A stretch of DNA of 64,000 bases from the human T2T-CHM13v2.0 reference genome, Homo sapiens (GCF_009914755.1 NC_060930.1); one strand, 5' to 3'. Positions 17,725-31,300 are shown, numbered from the stretch's first letter. Numbers and translations are program-made. Notes: a model not told the origin generated them from the letters alone.

Positions 17725-19883
17725 AAATATATAGCTCTATGGGCATGTAATGTGGCAAAGGCATAGAGTCAGTATAAATATTGACCACTTTTCCTTTGGC
17801 TAAGAGCAGGGCCCTTGTTAGAGCTATCAGTTCTGCTTTTTGAGCTGTCCCGGAAGGTAGAGGCTGTGCCTCTACCACTGAATCCCATGTCAGTACTGTA
17901 TACCCAGCTCAGCAGACCCCTTCTGAGACAAATCTGCTTCCATCCATGAAGTACTCAACATGTGGGCCACCAAGGGGCTGGTCTTTTAAGTTCCTTCAGC
18001 TGGAGAATACCTCATCTACTATGTCCACACAATAATGCTAAGGTAGGGGGTCTTTTGGTCTATGGGCAGCAGAGTAGCTAGGTTTAGTGTATTTACAGTC
18101 TCTATAATCATGTGAGGATTTTAGCATAAGGGTCCTTGATATCTAGTCATTCTTGGGTTTGATGATACCTAATGATGTTCTCTCTGATCCATTAAGGTGA
18201 TAACTGTGTGTAGCACTTGAATAATCAATTTTTGTCCTAGGGCCAATTTGTTAGCCTCTTGTGCCAACAGAGCTGTGGTGGCTAAAGCTTTGAAACAAGG
18301 AGGCCAGCCTAGTGCCATCAGGTCTAGTTGTTTAGTTAAGTATGCCACAGGTCGATGCGATGACCGCATAATTTGAGTTAGGACCCCTATAGCCATTCCT
18401 TTCCATTCATGGACATACAGAAAGAAGTGCTTGGTTTGATCTGGCAGTCCTAACCCGGGGGACTGAATCAAGGCCTTTTTGATTTTCTTAAAGAGCCTTT
18501 TTTGGTCAGCCTCCCAAAGGAGGGGCTCCCCTATTCCCCCATTTGTGGCTTCATATAGGGGTTTTACCATAAGTGAGAAGTTTGGAATCCAAATGCAGCA
18601 GAAACCTGCTACTCTTAAAAACTTACTTGACGCTGGGTGGTAGGGGTGGGAAGTACACACAGCCTGCTTTCATTCACTGCCAAGTTCACGTTTCCCGTGA
18701 CTTATTTCAAAACCTAGATATTTGACTCCTGCTAAACAGATTTGTGCCTTTTTCTTGGATACTTTATATTCTGCTTTCCACAAAAGGTGGAGGAGCTTCT
18801 TAGTGACCTGTAGGCAGTCCACTCAAGTAGGGGCTGCAAATAGAAGATTTTCTATGCACTGCAGCAGGATGCATTTGTCATTAGGTGGGACATAAGCTGA
18901 GATCTGATGCCAGCACTTCTTCAAAGATCATAGGGGAATTCTTGAACCCCTTGTGGGAGTCTTGTCCAAGTGTGCTGTGTTTCATCCCAATGAAATGCAA
19001 AGATAGGCTGGCTTATTGGTGCTAACTGGAGACAAAAGAATGTATTTTTTAGATCTAAGCAAATAAGCCAGGCTGCACTAGCTGGTATTTGTCCCATTAA
19101 GTTGTATGGGTTGGGCACTACTGGGTGGATTGTCTCCATGACCCGGTTTATAGCATGCAAATTCTGCACTGGCTTATATTTACCAGATGGCTTCTGCACT
19201 GGCAATAAAGGAATGTTCCAAGGTGATCTGCATTTAATTATGATTCCGTGCTTGAAAAGCTGGTCTGTGTGCTTTTGAACACCTCAGATGCCGTCTATGA
19301 AAACTGGGTATTGGCGAACTCATACTGGGGAGGCTCCTGATTTTAGCTCTACTAGGACTAGTGCCTGATTTACAGCCAGCCCAGGCGGGTTGTCCTTTGC
19401 CCACACTCCAGGTATTTTAACAATTAGCTCATATATTTTAAGAGGTTCTGACAGTCTTGGGCTTAAGTGGTACTTCTGCATATAGCCTCCACTCCTTGGC
19501 CTTTGGGAGTGTGAGGGTTAACACCACAGCCTTTGGCTGACTGAAGTTTAAGGACATGTTTCCTTGTGGCCTGAAGGAAATTTGTGCCTGTAGTTTTTGG
19601 AGTAAGTCTCTTTCTAGCAAGGGGACTGAGCAGTTTGGGAGGTATAGAATCTCATGCTGACTTCCTATCCTCCAATAATGCACCTCCTTGACAGAAAGGC
19701 CTCTTTTTCAAAGATTCCGATTGCCCCAATAATAGTTGTATAATTCTTGGATAGTGGCCCTACAGGTCAGGTCACTACTGAGGGTTCAGCTCCTGTATCT
19801 ACCATAAAGTCCATCTGTTGGTCCCCTACCTCTACTGAGACCATAGGCTCCTGAGGGCCTGAAGAGATGGAGCCTGGTCTGCC
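17725..19883 (-). pseudogene. pol: pro-pol remnant (protease, RT, tether, N-terminal RNase H; no integrase)
   Basis: FMVDTGAE (19788-19799), LDLKNTFF, WTRLPQG, QCIENLL (decayed YVDD), RPVAYLTKQLD, YFMDGS, VNIYTDS; many frameshifts and stops. Confidence 0.93.
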
Positions 19884-21582
19884 TCAGTCCTCATTGCCTG
19901 CAGCCTTTGCTAGGCTGATCAGGTCAGCATCTGGTTTTAGAACACAATGGCTGGCAGCTGGTGGCTCTAGCCAAATTCCCTGGTCATGGCTATTTCCTTT
20001 ATCTTTCTCTGGACATTCATCCTTCCAGTGTCCTTTTTGCATAGTGCACATTGATCCCTCTCCAGCCTAATCTGGCCTTCAAATCTTGGTCTAGCCTGAC
20101 CTCTTCCATGACCATGACTGCGTCCCCTCACAATGCCAGTCTCTCTTTCAGCCAGGGCTGCCACCAATAGCTCAGCCTTTTTCTTAAGCCTCTGCCCAGC
20201 TTCCTTCTTTTCCTCTTGCTCACAGTTGACATATACCTTGGTAGCCACCTCTATAAGCTCAGTAGCATTTATGCCTGCGAAACCTTCCAATTCTTGAAGC
20301 TTTTGCTTAATGTCACCTTGTACCTGGCCAACAAATGAAGTACTCACCATGTGCTGATTTTCAACAGCCTCCGGATCAAATAGAGTATAGAGCCAGTATG
20401 TCTCACAGAGCCTCTTGTAGAACTGACTTGGGCTTTCATTAGCCTTTTGTAGGACCTCTAAAATCTTTCCTATTGTCATGGCCTTATTCCCACCGGCTTT
20501 CATTCCATTTAAGAGTGCTCTCGGTACCTTTGCAGGTGTTGGAGCTCCCCTGCCTCATTTGGGTCCCAGTTAGGATCTGTCTCTGGGAACCACTCCGGGC
20601 ATAACGCCAGACATCATTTGTGCCATCTGGCACATTGTTCTCTAACCACTGGAGAGCTGCTTGGGTCACTCTCCAGTGCTCTTCTGTATTAAGCAGTGTC
20701 AGAAGTTGCTGCTGGCAGTCTGGCCAGGTGGGGTTATGAGTCAGAAAAATGGACCTCATCAAGTCTATGACAGCCTCAGGCTTCTCTGTATGGGAAGGAG
20801 TACGTTGTTTCCAATTTAGGTTGTCTGTCATAGGGAAGGGCTGGTAGATGAAAATCCACGGCCCTCCCCCTACCTGGCCTTGCTCATTATAAGTTTGTGC
20901 TCAAGTCTCACAGAGGGGCATTCGTAAGGCTCGGGTGTGGCCAGACTGGAGGTGGCTTGCTATATCGCCTTGCTTTTCCTCTTTAGCTTTCATGGGCAGG
21001 GGTTCAGGCTCTCCCCTGTGGGGAGATGCTTGAGACTTGCTTTCCTCTGAGCCTGATTCCTCAAGGGCTATTTGCTCTGTACCCCGTCCTAGCCCTGACA
21101 AGGACAAGTGTATTGGAACATAACGGGGAGGAAACTCTTTCCTCTGGGAGGTGCTTGTAGGACTGGCTTTTCCTGGCTCTCCTGTTACTTTTTCTTTTCC
21201 TCTGAGGTCCCTGGCATAATTGGCTTTTCTATCACCTTAAGCTCAGCCCAGGCCACCAAGGCTTTACAATAGATTGCCAAACAAGGCTGTAGAGCCATTT
21301 CGGGCAAGTCTGGACCACGTTTAACCAGGAGTCAATGTATGTAAATTGATCTGGATACCAAGGCTATCCTCGACCCCACTTACCACCCTAAATACATGGC
21401 CAATTGCTTCCCTATCTATTGTTCCTTCAGCTGGCCACCCTGTATTAAAAGAAGGCCATTCTAATTCACAGAGTTCTCAACCTTTTGGGGGTCAGTTTAA
21501 CTCCATAATCTCCTCCAAAACCTTTCTTAAAATTATTTAACATGCACTCCAATGGAGTGGGTTTCGACAATTTTCCTCCCAT
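19884..21582 (-). pseudogene. gag: gag remnant
   Basis: ATG at 21582: MGGKLSKPTPLECM; capsid THNPTWPDCQQ; MHR-like QKANESPSQFYKRL; zinc knuckle DQCALC; TGA at 19884-19886; disrupted. Confidence 0.92.
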
Positions 21583-22339
21583 TCCTCCCTTTATGATGCA
21601 CACTCACTCAGCCTTTTGTGCTGGACTGACCAGACCGGTTCCTATTATGGGAGTTTCAGGCGCCACTTAGCTAGGAGAGTACCTTATTCCTGCTATGACT
21701 GCTGGAATCATAAGGCAGATCCTATCAACCATATGTGGATCGACCTAGGCCTGGTCAGTCATACACTTGCTTTGGAGCACAATGTCAACACTAAGAGATC
21801 TGTGCCTCCCCACATCATGCCCTGCATTGATCCCTCCTGGAACTGTCTCTTTCACATACTTTCACACACCTCCTCACTCCCCAGTACCTGTTCCTTAATT
21901 GGGGTGGTGAGCCACTCTCACCACCTTCAGTTTTAGTTTCCTTTCCTAAGCCAACTTAGTGAGCCTCTCTCTCATCCTGTGTCAGTGGGGGTATAAACTT
22001 CATCTGAATTGGTGAGCCACCTTCTCTGCCCTCAGCCCCTCTGGGGCCAAACTAGTAGTTACACCCGGGGAGGCAATCAATCTCCCTCCCGTCTTTATGG
22101 GAGGGGTCCCGTCTTGAGGCCCCAAACCTAACTGTGGTTCTGAAGAATGCGTGCTGCTCCTGGAATCATCCTGCAGCCCCTTTTCTGGTTCTGTTGCACT
22201 GTCAGGGAAGGGCACCGGGATGCGGGAGAGCCAATCTCCTCTCTGGGCTGAAGTTCTCCCATTGGCGCCTAGGGTCTTGGGTCTCCCCCAGCCCGGGCTC
22301 CAATCCCACAAGCAAAGGAGAGAAAATCTGCCATCTCTA

Positions 22340-22357
22340 ATCCTGGATGAGCCCCCA
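22340..22357 (-). other. Primer-binding site, tRNA-Pro
   Basis: TGGGGGCTCATCCAGGAT versus canonical PBS-Pro TGGGGGCTCGTCCGGGAT (two CpG-type transitions), a few nt after the 5' LTR. Confidence 0.92.
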
Positions 22358-22362
22358 GAAAA

Positions 22363-22818
22363 AGTATTGGGAAATCAGAACTGAAGAGACCAATAGGGTT
22401 ACAGGAGGATTAAGGTGTACACCAGCTCAGTGGACTCGCATCCAGAAAGTCCGAGCCCTGAACAAAGAGGGACACAGGCCCTTTTAAGCATCTCAAGGGA
22501 GGAAAAACGTGAAGCAGAAAGCAGGCTTACAGAAGCGAGAACAAAAGCCATTAATCATGTGACAGGTCTTAAATCTTAGAAAACACGTTTTGCAGCTCGC
22601 ACTTATCTGTCTTGTGACCTTGCGCTACACAGCAAGAAAAACAGGAACTTACAGAGCTTACAAAATATGCAGAGCAGAGATATGGTTAATGTTTCACAGA
22701 GAAGCAGTTAATATTCTTTAACTTCAACTTCGGGGGGTGGGGGTGCAGTTATCAAAAGCCTATTTCAGCTTAAACAGCAATTCTAGGTAATCATAATAAT
22801 TTTCTTTTCTTTCTCTCA
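22363..22818 (-). mobile_element. ERV 5' LTR
   Basis: Direct repeat of 16504-16979; TATA-like GCTTAAAAG near 22481-22489 (minus); followed by the PBS. Confidence 0.93.
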
Positions 22819-23940
22819 GTATGGAAGGAGACAGAGAACTGTGACTGCCTGCAGGTCTTCTAGGTGACCCACTCACTGGGCAGAGGCACAGGCTCTGGAA
22901 TGGGCACTCTCATTAGCAAGATCTGAGAAGAGTACCCTGATTGCATTGTGAACATCTTCAGTGTAGTGCCTTCACCCAAAGTGACACCAAGGTCGAGCCC
23001 TACAGTGCCACCCTCTCTGTCCATCAGTTGGTAGAGAACACTGATGAGACGTATTCCATTGACAATGAAGCCCTGTATAACATCTGCTCCCGCACTCTGA
23101 AGCGGACCACACCAACCTACAGGGATATGAACCCCCTCGTCTCAGCAACCATGAACAGTGTCATCACCTGCCTCTGTTTCCCTGGCCAGCTCAATGCCGA
23201 CCTCCACAAGTTGGCAGTCAACATGGTCCCCTTCCCACATCTCCATTTCTTTATGCCTGGCTCTTCCCCTCTCACCAGCCATGGAAGCCAGCAGTATCAA
23301 GCTCACAGTGTCTGAATTCACCCAGCATGTCTTCAATGCCAAGAACATGATGGCTGCCTGTGAACCCCGCCATGGCTTATACTTCACCTTGGCTGCTGTC
23401 TTCACTGGTCAGATATCCATGAAGGACGTCAATGACAAAATGTTAAATATGCAAAACAAAAACAGCAGCTACTTTGTGGAATGGATCTCCAACAACGTCA
23501 AGAACAGTCTGACATCCCATCTCATGGCCTGAAAATGTCATTCACTGGTATTGTCAACATGGTCATCCAGAAGCTCTTCAAGTACATCGCAGATCAGAGA
23601 AAGGGATCAAGTGGGGAAAAGAGACCATCCTTGGTCCCTAAGCCTCCAGAAATGTCTTAATCCCCACCTTTTCTTATCCCGAAAAGGAATTAACATCCCT
23701 GACTATGTGTGATGGTGTATACTGCCACAGTGTTTGAATCAATCCCCAGAGGAGAGGGGAACCCTCCTCCATCTTTTCTGCAACATCTCATATCTTCTTT
23801 TTGCTGTTGCTTCCCCTACCCCTACACTTGGTTTTGTTCTATCCTACATTTGAGATTTCTATAATGTGTTAAACTTGCTGAAAAGATGACATTGCTCCAA
23901 TAGCCAAAAATAAATGGGATTTCTTAAAATAAAATAAATA
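22819..23940 (+). pseudogene. Processed TUBB pseudogene, 3' part (codon ~120 to ~382, distal 3'UTR, poly-A remnant)
   Basis: [58 protein letters not shown]; TUBB 3'UTR end; AATAAA at 23909-23914; A-rich tail 23926-23940. Confidence 0.96.
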
Positions 23941-23952
23941 GGTGCGGCTATT

Positions 23953-24073
23953 CTCTCAGAGACTCAGTTTCAGATTCAATGGGTGTGGAATGGAATCCCC
24001 AAATCCACCTTTTAAACAAGTTCCTCCAGCTCTTGGGGCAGGGGATCTCAGAACCACACTTTGAGAAGCATTG
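23953..24073. mobile_element. MER5-like element, right half (left half at about 15938-15984)
   Basis: cagattcaatgggtgtgg...ttttaaacaagttcc...gaaccacactttgagaagcattg resembles a MER5 3' half. Confidence 0.55.
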
Positions 24074-24627
24074 TTTGGTTGCCAATCTTTGGGCATTAAT
24101 TTAAAGCTGGTTTCATTTAACTTGCACTATAAGGAACAGATTCTCTAGATTAGGATCCAGCATTGGGAAACTGGGAGGGTGAAGTGCATAAGGAGCCAAG
24201 AGGCCCTTCCTTCCAAATATTATGGATTGAGGTTTGCTTGAGAAATCAAGACACTTTTAAGATAACAGGCTTAGGAGAAAGAATCCTTCCAAACACATGA
24301 AATCCCCTGTAAAAGAGACACTCAGGTATGAACTGTTTAAACATGACCACAGGAGACCAGGCTCAGACCAGAGCGTCTAGGACTCTAGCTTCCTGCTTCT
24401 TCATAATCCTGAGTTCTTACATTTGAACATAAGTAAGGTGCTCAGTAACATCTTGCTGTAAAGTCTCTAGTGCAGTGTCCTTGACTCATATCAGGATACT
24501 CAACGAGTTATGTCCTCCTGCTGTTCTGGTCCAATATAATCACCCAGTGCCCTTCTGTGTCATCCAGGGCGCTCATTCCATCCAGGCCCTCTAAATAATG
24601 GTAGAGAGGGCCAAAGGTCTGTGGTTG

Positions 24628-25040
24628 TGTGTAGCAGACACTGCTGGTACCCTGCCCAGGCTTCTTCAGCCCCTCCCACTTCAGGGCATGCTGGCCTGAC
24701 TCCCATTCACCAGCACCTGCTTCTCAGCCTGAGGACTTCCTTTATCCTGCAACAGTGGATTAACACATACACTAGGAGTCCTCAACTAATGACCAATGGG
24801 AGTTGGCGTTGGCTCCCTTGCCTCTTAGGTGGGATAACTCTAAAGCTTGTTTCCTACTGTGGCTCCCAGAATCCTTCAACAGGATTAAGCTTCAGGAGCT
24901 ACAGTGGTGAGTAAGGTAGCCTTTTTTGGCTGCTCCCTTTCTTGTCTCACTCCCCAACCAGTTTCCTGGGATCACATCCAAAATAAACTACATGCACTGA
25001 GATCTTAGTCTGAGTTCCTTCACAAAAAGATGCTAAGACA
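24628..25040 (+). mobile_element. ERVL LTR (LTR16-like)
   Basis: tgtagcagacactgctggt..., ggtgggataactctaa, aaataaactacatgcac...gctaagaca. Confidence 0.6.
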
Positions 25041-26599
25041 AAGACATTGGGATTGCTAGCTTCTTGTAACGAATCCCCAGTGTTTATAGATCAGCTACTT
25101 CTGAATATTTAAATGTGATGCTCTTGGATAGAAATACACATCTTTCATTACAGAGAAGGTTCTGGTGCTGAGATATCTGAACTAAACATCTTTAATTGTC
25201 AATAATACTCAAAGGGTTCTTGACCTTTAGACTTTATAAAGAGAATGTTTGTTACAAATTAAAAATAATTTATGATATGCATACTCAATCATTTTTGGAA
25301 CAAGTAGGCATGGATAAACTTAAAGTGGCTGGTAGGCTATTATATTAAGCTAAGTTTACAAACATTATTTCAAGCTACACATGCATGGCATGAACTGTGT
25401 CGTCAATTGCTGCATCCCTTACTGGACTTTTTCTCCATTCTGGTCTACATCATTTGTTGATCTTCCTCTGGGCCCATGCTGTTCCATACCCCATAGAGGC
25501 CTGTATTAGATCCTCTCTATTGCAGTAAAGAAAACAGGTATAAGGTAAACTTTGCATATCCAAGTGATTAATACACACAAATATGTATTTAACACTCAGC
25601 TGCTTTTATGATTCTAGTCATATATAATTTGGTAACCACACACCTCTGATTTGGAGCACAACCATTTCCCTTTGATGATACACTTTGTGAAAAGAATGGC
25701 AGCCCCCAGTAATGTAGCTCTCCTTTTTGGATAAAAAGACAGCTTCCCAACTACCATTTAGAAGTCTTACTGGTTGTGCAGGACATTAGTGAACATTTGC
25801 TTGTTCAACAAATGTTCAACCTCTGGGAGGTTCAGTCAGAAGCCAATATGACTCTGGTATCATATAGCATGTGTGGAAAACCCACACAGCTGGGGTCTTT
25901 GGAGATATTCATTTTCTTTATTTCCTGTCTTATCTCAGAACTAATTGAAAGGTAAACACCAGGGACATCTCAGTCGAGATCAAGCTATAAACTTTATTGT
26001 TGGGGTTGGTGGCCTGAAAAATGTGACTTGGGTCTAAGCCATGATCAAATTCCCAAACATCCTCCCCTCCTACAACCCTGCAACTCTAACATTACGCCCT
26101 TATAGGGGAGAGCTGGCCTATAGAGCAGAAGCCCATGCCCAGGATCACTTGGTGAGATATACAGCCAGAGGATATGAGGGACCCTGGCTCAGCTGACTAA
26201 TTCTACCCATGGTCAAGGCCATCATAGGATGTGGATGCTGGTTGAAAAGAAGAGAGTGAGGGAAAGTTATTCTGCCTAAGAGCATGTGTACCTATCCACC
26301 AGAGAAGCATGGGCCTGTGAATGTCAGATTCTAACCTACTGCATTAACTATTACTCTCCTAAGAAGGAGTGAGGGTGCTAAAGGGTGGTAGATATTCCTG
26401 AGCTCTCCTGTTCCCACATGGAGGGGGAAAGGAGGTCCCTTCTGTGGACCATGTCTGTAGTACTTCTGTGCTCATCACCCCTTGGAAACAAGTCCTCTAG
26501 TTGGATGGACTTACTAAATCTCATTCAAATCTTCCCATTTCTCTGCTATGCCCTCTCCCTGTTCAGCCCACCATAATGCTGGAATTACCACTAGAGATT

Positions 26600-26936
26600 T
26601 GTCTTAGTCAACTTGAGCTGGCATAACAAAATACTATAGGCTGGGTAGCTTAAACAATGGATATTTATGTCTCAGTTCTGGAGGCTGGGAAGTCCAAAGT
26701 CAAGGTGCTAGCAGATTTTCTTCCTGGTGAGGGCCCTCTTCCTAACTTACAAAGTTGCTTTTTCCTCCCATGGGAGGAAGAGACTAATCTCTCTTGCTCT
26801 AAGGATATTAATCCCATCATGGGTTCCACCCTCATGACCTCATCTAAATCCAATTACCTCCAAATACCACCACATTGGGAGTTAGGTCTTCAATATAAAT
26901 TGGGGAATGGAGGATGCAAACATGCGGTCCATAACA
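26600..26936 (-). mobile_element. MLT1A-like MaLR LTR, inside an LTR33-like element (about 26540-27390)
   Basis: tgtcttagtc...ataacaaaatactataggctgggtagcttaaacaa...gtccataaca. Confidence 0.75.
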
Positions 26937-27399
26937 AACCTCCTGTGCACGTTTTCTCCTCTACTTCCTTCTGTGTCTAGGAGGCTGAACTTTACAGATT
27001 GCATCACCTGGGCTACTGTGCCATCAGTCTTCTGGTTGGGTTAGGCCAATGGGAGGCATGGGCAGGAAATCAGAGGTTAGAAGGACATGGCAGTTGGGGT
27101 ATCCCTCCATCTTCCTTCTGGGCATGGTTTTGGCAGTGTCATTCCTCAAGAGCCACAGCTTGTTAGGTGGCCACTTTCCTTGCTCCAGGTCCCACCAAAC
27201 CCTGGTACACAGCTGTGTTACCTTGACCCTCTGGTCTTGGTGTGGTAAAGGCTCTGCTCTTGCCACTTCCTGGGTGCTGTACTGTCCTCTGTGTGGTTGC
27301 CTTGATCTGCCTACACTTTTAGAAGTAGCTCTTCCCTAAACTTTCTTCAATCGAACCCCATAAGTATGCTATTTCCTGTGGGAACCCTCCTCCACCCTC

Positions 27400-27960
27400 T
27401 AAGTGATCTCCTTACACACATCAGCCCAGAGCCACTTTTCTGAAATGCAAATCTGACATCACACCTCTGATTAACACACACCAGTGTGACTAACTGATCT
27501 CAGGTTAAAATCCAACTCATGGAAGACCCTGCGTAATCTGTTTATTCTCACATTTCCTCTTGTCATTCTCCACTTTGTTCTTTTCTGTCCAGCCAGACTA
27601 AACTTTAGAGTTGAACAAAACCTCCTCAAGGTTGTTGCTGCAACCTCAAGCTGCATATACTGCTTTCTGCCTGAGATATCCCTCTTTTTCTTTTATCTTC
27701 CACCCTTAATCCCCCATCATCCCAACCTTTTACCTGGATAGATCTTATTTGTATCTTAGGCCTCAGGTGTGATGGTGGTGGGGGTCACCTCTCCTCCCAT
27801 TAGCAGTCTAGATTAGGGACCTTCCTTTACTTTCCATAACACCCATTTTGTTTGCCTGCACATCCCAACAAACAGATTTCCTGGCCTTGAGAGCTCTGGT
27901 GTACCATCCTATCCCCAGTCTTTGGAGCAATGCCTGGCAGAATAGGAACAAAGGAGTAAG
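27400..27960 (+). mobile_element. LINE-2 fragment
   Basis: cagagccacttttctgaaatgcaaatctgacatc; L2-type 3' end (tatccccagtc...aatgcctggca). Confidence 0.55.
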
Positions 27961-28399
27961 ATGGTCAACAAGTAATTACTACATCGTTAATTTTCCTGTT
28001 TCATGCAGAAATTACCTCCTGCTCAGCCTTTAACTAAGAACTTATATAACTAAGAACCTTATAGAAGAAATATGATATATGAATGTTCAGGCAGATTTGG
28101 ATACTATCAAAAAGAGATCCTTTTGGTCCCAGGTCACCCTACTCTCAAAACTTAATGCTGGTAAAAGGCGCACATTTGTATTCTAACTGAACTCTGGGTT
28201 ACTGAGAACCCATGCACATATATGCTTCTCTTTCTGCAAAGATAGCGACAATAGGACCAGTTCTGTCATTATGTATAACTATCTCAGGTACATAGATTTA
28301 GAATATGAATTAGTCATGATTCTAGTTCATAAAGCATTCAATCATGAATAAATTGCCATTTAGCTATTTTTAATAATATCACACTTATAAAATACTTCT

Positions 28400-31300
28400 G
28401 CTATTCCTCAGAAATCGAGATCTTGATAGTAGCCTACATATAACAATGCAGTTTTCATCCTTTGCCCTTGGATCTTCCTACCTCAGGTAACTATCATTCT
28501 GAAACTTGTGGTTATCACTTTTCTGCTTTCCTTTTTATATAATTTTATGGTGCCTATATGTATTCTTAGTATTTGAATTTTAGTTTTCTGAAAAGGGCAT
28601 CTTGTTATATATATGAAAATATATATTATATTTATAAATTGTCTTTTGGATTTACTTTCACTTCATTTACATTGCTAAAGCTCATATGTATTGTTACATG
28701 TCACTGTAGTTATTTTACTCTCATTGCTGAATAACCTGAGTAAATATGCCGCAGTTTAGTCATCCTCTTTCAGGCAACAGGTATTTGGGTTGTTTCCGAA
28801 GCCATTGTGAACACTGGTGCTATAAAACAGTCTTGTCCATGTCTCCTATTATGTATGTATCAGAATAGGTTATGGTATTCTGTAGTAAAAACCAACCCTC
28901 AAAATCTCAGCAGCTTAAATCTACAAAGACTTATTTCTCACTTATGCTGTATGTCCTTTGTATTCAACAGGAAAGAACGTGTATTACGCTGAATCAAGGA
29001 CCTAGGCTGACAGAACAGTCACTGTCTCAAAGGGTGACAGCTGCCAGAGGGAAAAAGCTCTGAAGAATCTGGAATCAACATTTCAGTGCCCTGGCATGGA
29101 AGAAACGTGTCACTTCTACTCCCAACTCATTGGTCAAAACTAGACCTATGGCTCCACCTAAGCAAAAGGGGCTAGGATGTATATTTGATGAGAAGAGAGG
29201 AGATCAGATATATTTGGAAAAGAATTTGGTGGCATCTCCTTAAGCTGAATATTAAAACGCTTCATAATCTAACAATTCTTCTCCTGTATATATACATGTG
29301 AAGTTATTTCATAAGTTATGGTATTAATGTTATCTTCTCAAGTTATTGTTCATAAGATATAAGAAATCTTACAGAATCACAGCTTTCCCAACTCTTGGCA
29401 TTGTCAGTCTTAAGTTTTTGCCAGTTGAATGGATATCAAAATGCAAGTCAAGATCACAATGAGATGGCATTTTATCACCAATAAAAATCTCATATTTTAT
29501 TGGTTTTGTTTCACCTTCAGTAAATGCCCATTTATGTCTTTTGTCCATTTGCTCCTTATTTGTAGGACTTCTTTGCATATTCTTTGCATATTTTCAGTAT
29601 ATATTGCAAAGATATCAATTCATAATTTCTCTTAACTTTTGACAGCTCATGAAGTGAATTTTAATGAAGTTTATTAATTTTCCTTCAGTCAATATTTTTG
29701 TGTCTTAGGTTTTTCTTAACTCCCAGGCTCAAAAAATAAAGCTTCTTAAACCCTCAGTAGAAAACAGGTGAATTATTAATTCATGTGACATTATTGGGTG
29801 TGGTGTGAGGTAGGCATTAAAATTGTTTCTCATAAGGTTAAAATAATCCAGCTATATGAAAAAATTCCCTCACCCATGACATGACATCTCACTTTCAGGG
29901 TCTGTTTCTGGGACTCACTATTCTATCGCATTGGTCAATTTGTCTACCCCTGTCAATATCAACCGATTTAATATAGCATGATAGTTATTTTTTTCTAATA
30001 CAGAAATGTACCCTTCCTACTATTCTTTTATTGGACAACATATAGAATAGTAAATATTCTAAGTATAAAGTTTGTGACAATATTGAGTTCTATAAAAATT
30101 TAAACATTAAGCCTTTAATAAACATGCTGTAATTCTCCATTTTTGATATTTCAGAGTTAGGGCTTTTTTTTCCTATAGAGGTCTTACTTTTTTTGTTGGA
30201 TTTATTCTTACATCCTTGATATTCTGTTCTTGTGTTCTAAACAGAGTCTTGATTACATTTTTAAATTATTTGCTACTAGCATATGGATATACAACCAAAT
30301 TTGAATATACTATTTGAATGCTATTCTTATAGCCATCTTGATGTGTATTTTTTCTTATAACTTGTCTGTAGATTGAGTTTGTTATGAGTTTTAGTTTCTC
30401 CTTTCCAATCCTTATGCCTATATTTTTGTTTTATTATACTGGCTAGGATCTTCAATACAACATTGAATTATAGTAAAAATTCTTCTCTTGATTTGAAAAA
30501 GAATGCTTTTAATGTTTTCTTATATAATAACTTATCAGAAGTAGTTGTAGAGTATTATTACATTCTTTATCCTATACATTCTGAGATGATATTTGTCAAG
30601 AAACGAAAAGTTTGAGATTTTACTTAGTAAGTTAGCCTGCCATAATTTTATAGATGTTGGCAGAAGACATAAGACTCATGGGTAAGAGATAAAAGGACTA
30701 TTGTGGCACAGCAGGCAACAACATGTTGATGTTCACACCACTTCCCTTTGCCCCTCATGCCCCATGAGAGCAATAAAGGGAAGGCTAGGTGGATGCTGCA
30801 CATGTAGTGGATTGTATCACAGCCAAGGAATTCTGAATCTTTTAAAATGGGCTAAGAAGCAGACCTGTCTAACATTTGCCCTGAAGTGAGACATCATATT
30901 TATTATATTGAACTGTAAAAAAATCTGCCATCTGCTTCAGAAGGAGACACTATCTTTGAAGGCTATTTTCTATACAGTGATCCTTGAAAAGTTAGTTTGG
31001 AATATATGCCATGGGAGCTTCTGCTCACAAGATGTGCAGAAACGAGATCTGTGGAGAATTCTCTCAATATTTGGTTTTTCTGTTAATCTGTGGGATGTGG
31101 CAGATTATGTTTACGAGCTTTCTGACAGTAAAAGATCTTTGTATATCCCCAATAAGCACTTTTATATACTCTTGGATTTAATTTACTAACATTAAGATTT
31201 TTGCATCTATGTTTATAAGGGTAATATGCCTACAATTTTGTTTTTGCATAATATTTCACTAGATTTGGCATCAGGACTGGTAAATACTGCCTCTTTTCCT

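Noticed and set aside
18169-21107. Intact gag/pol or a replication-competent virus
   Set aside because: The frames are fragmented, the RT active site has decayed (QCIENLL), and integrase is absent.
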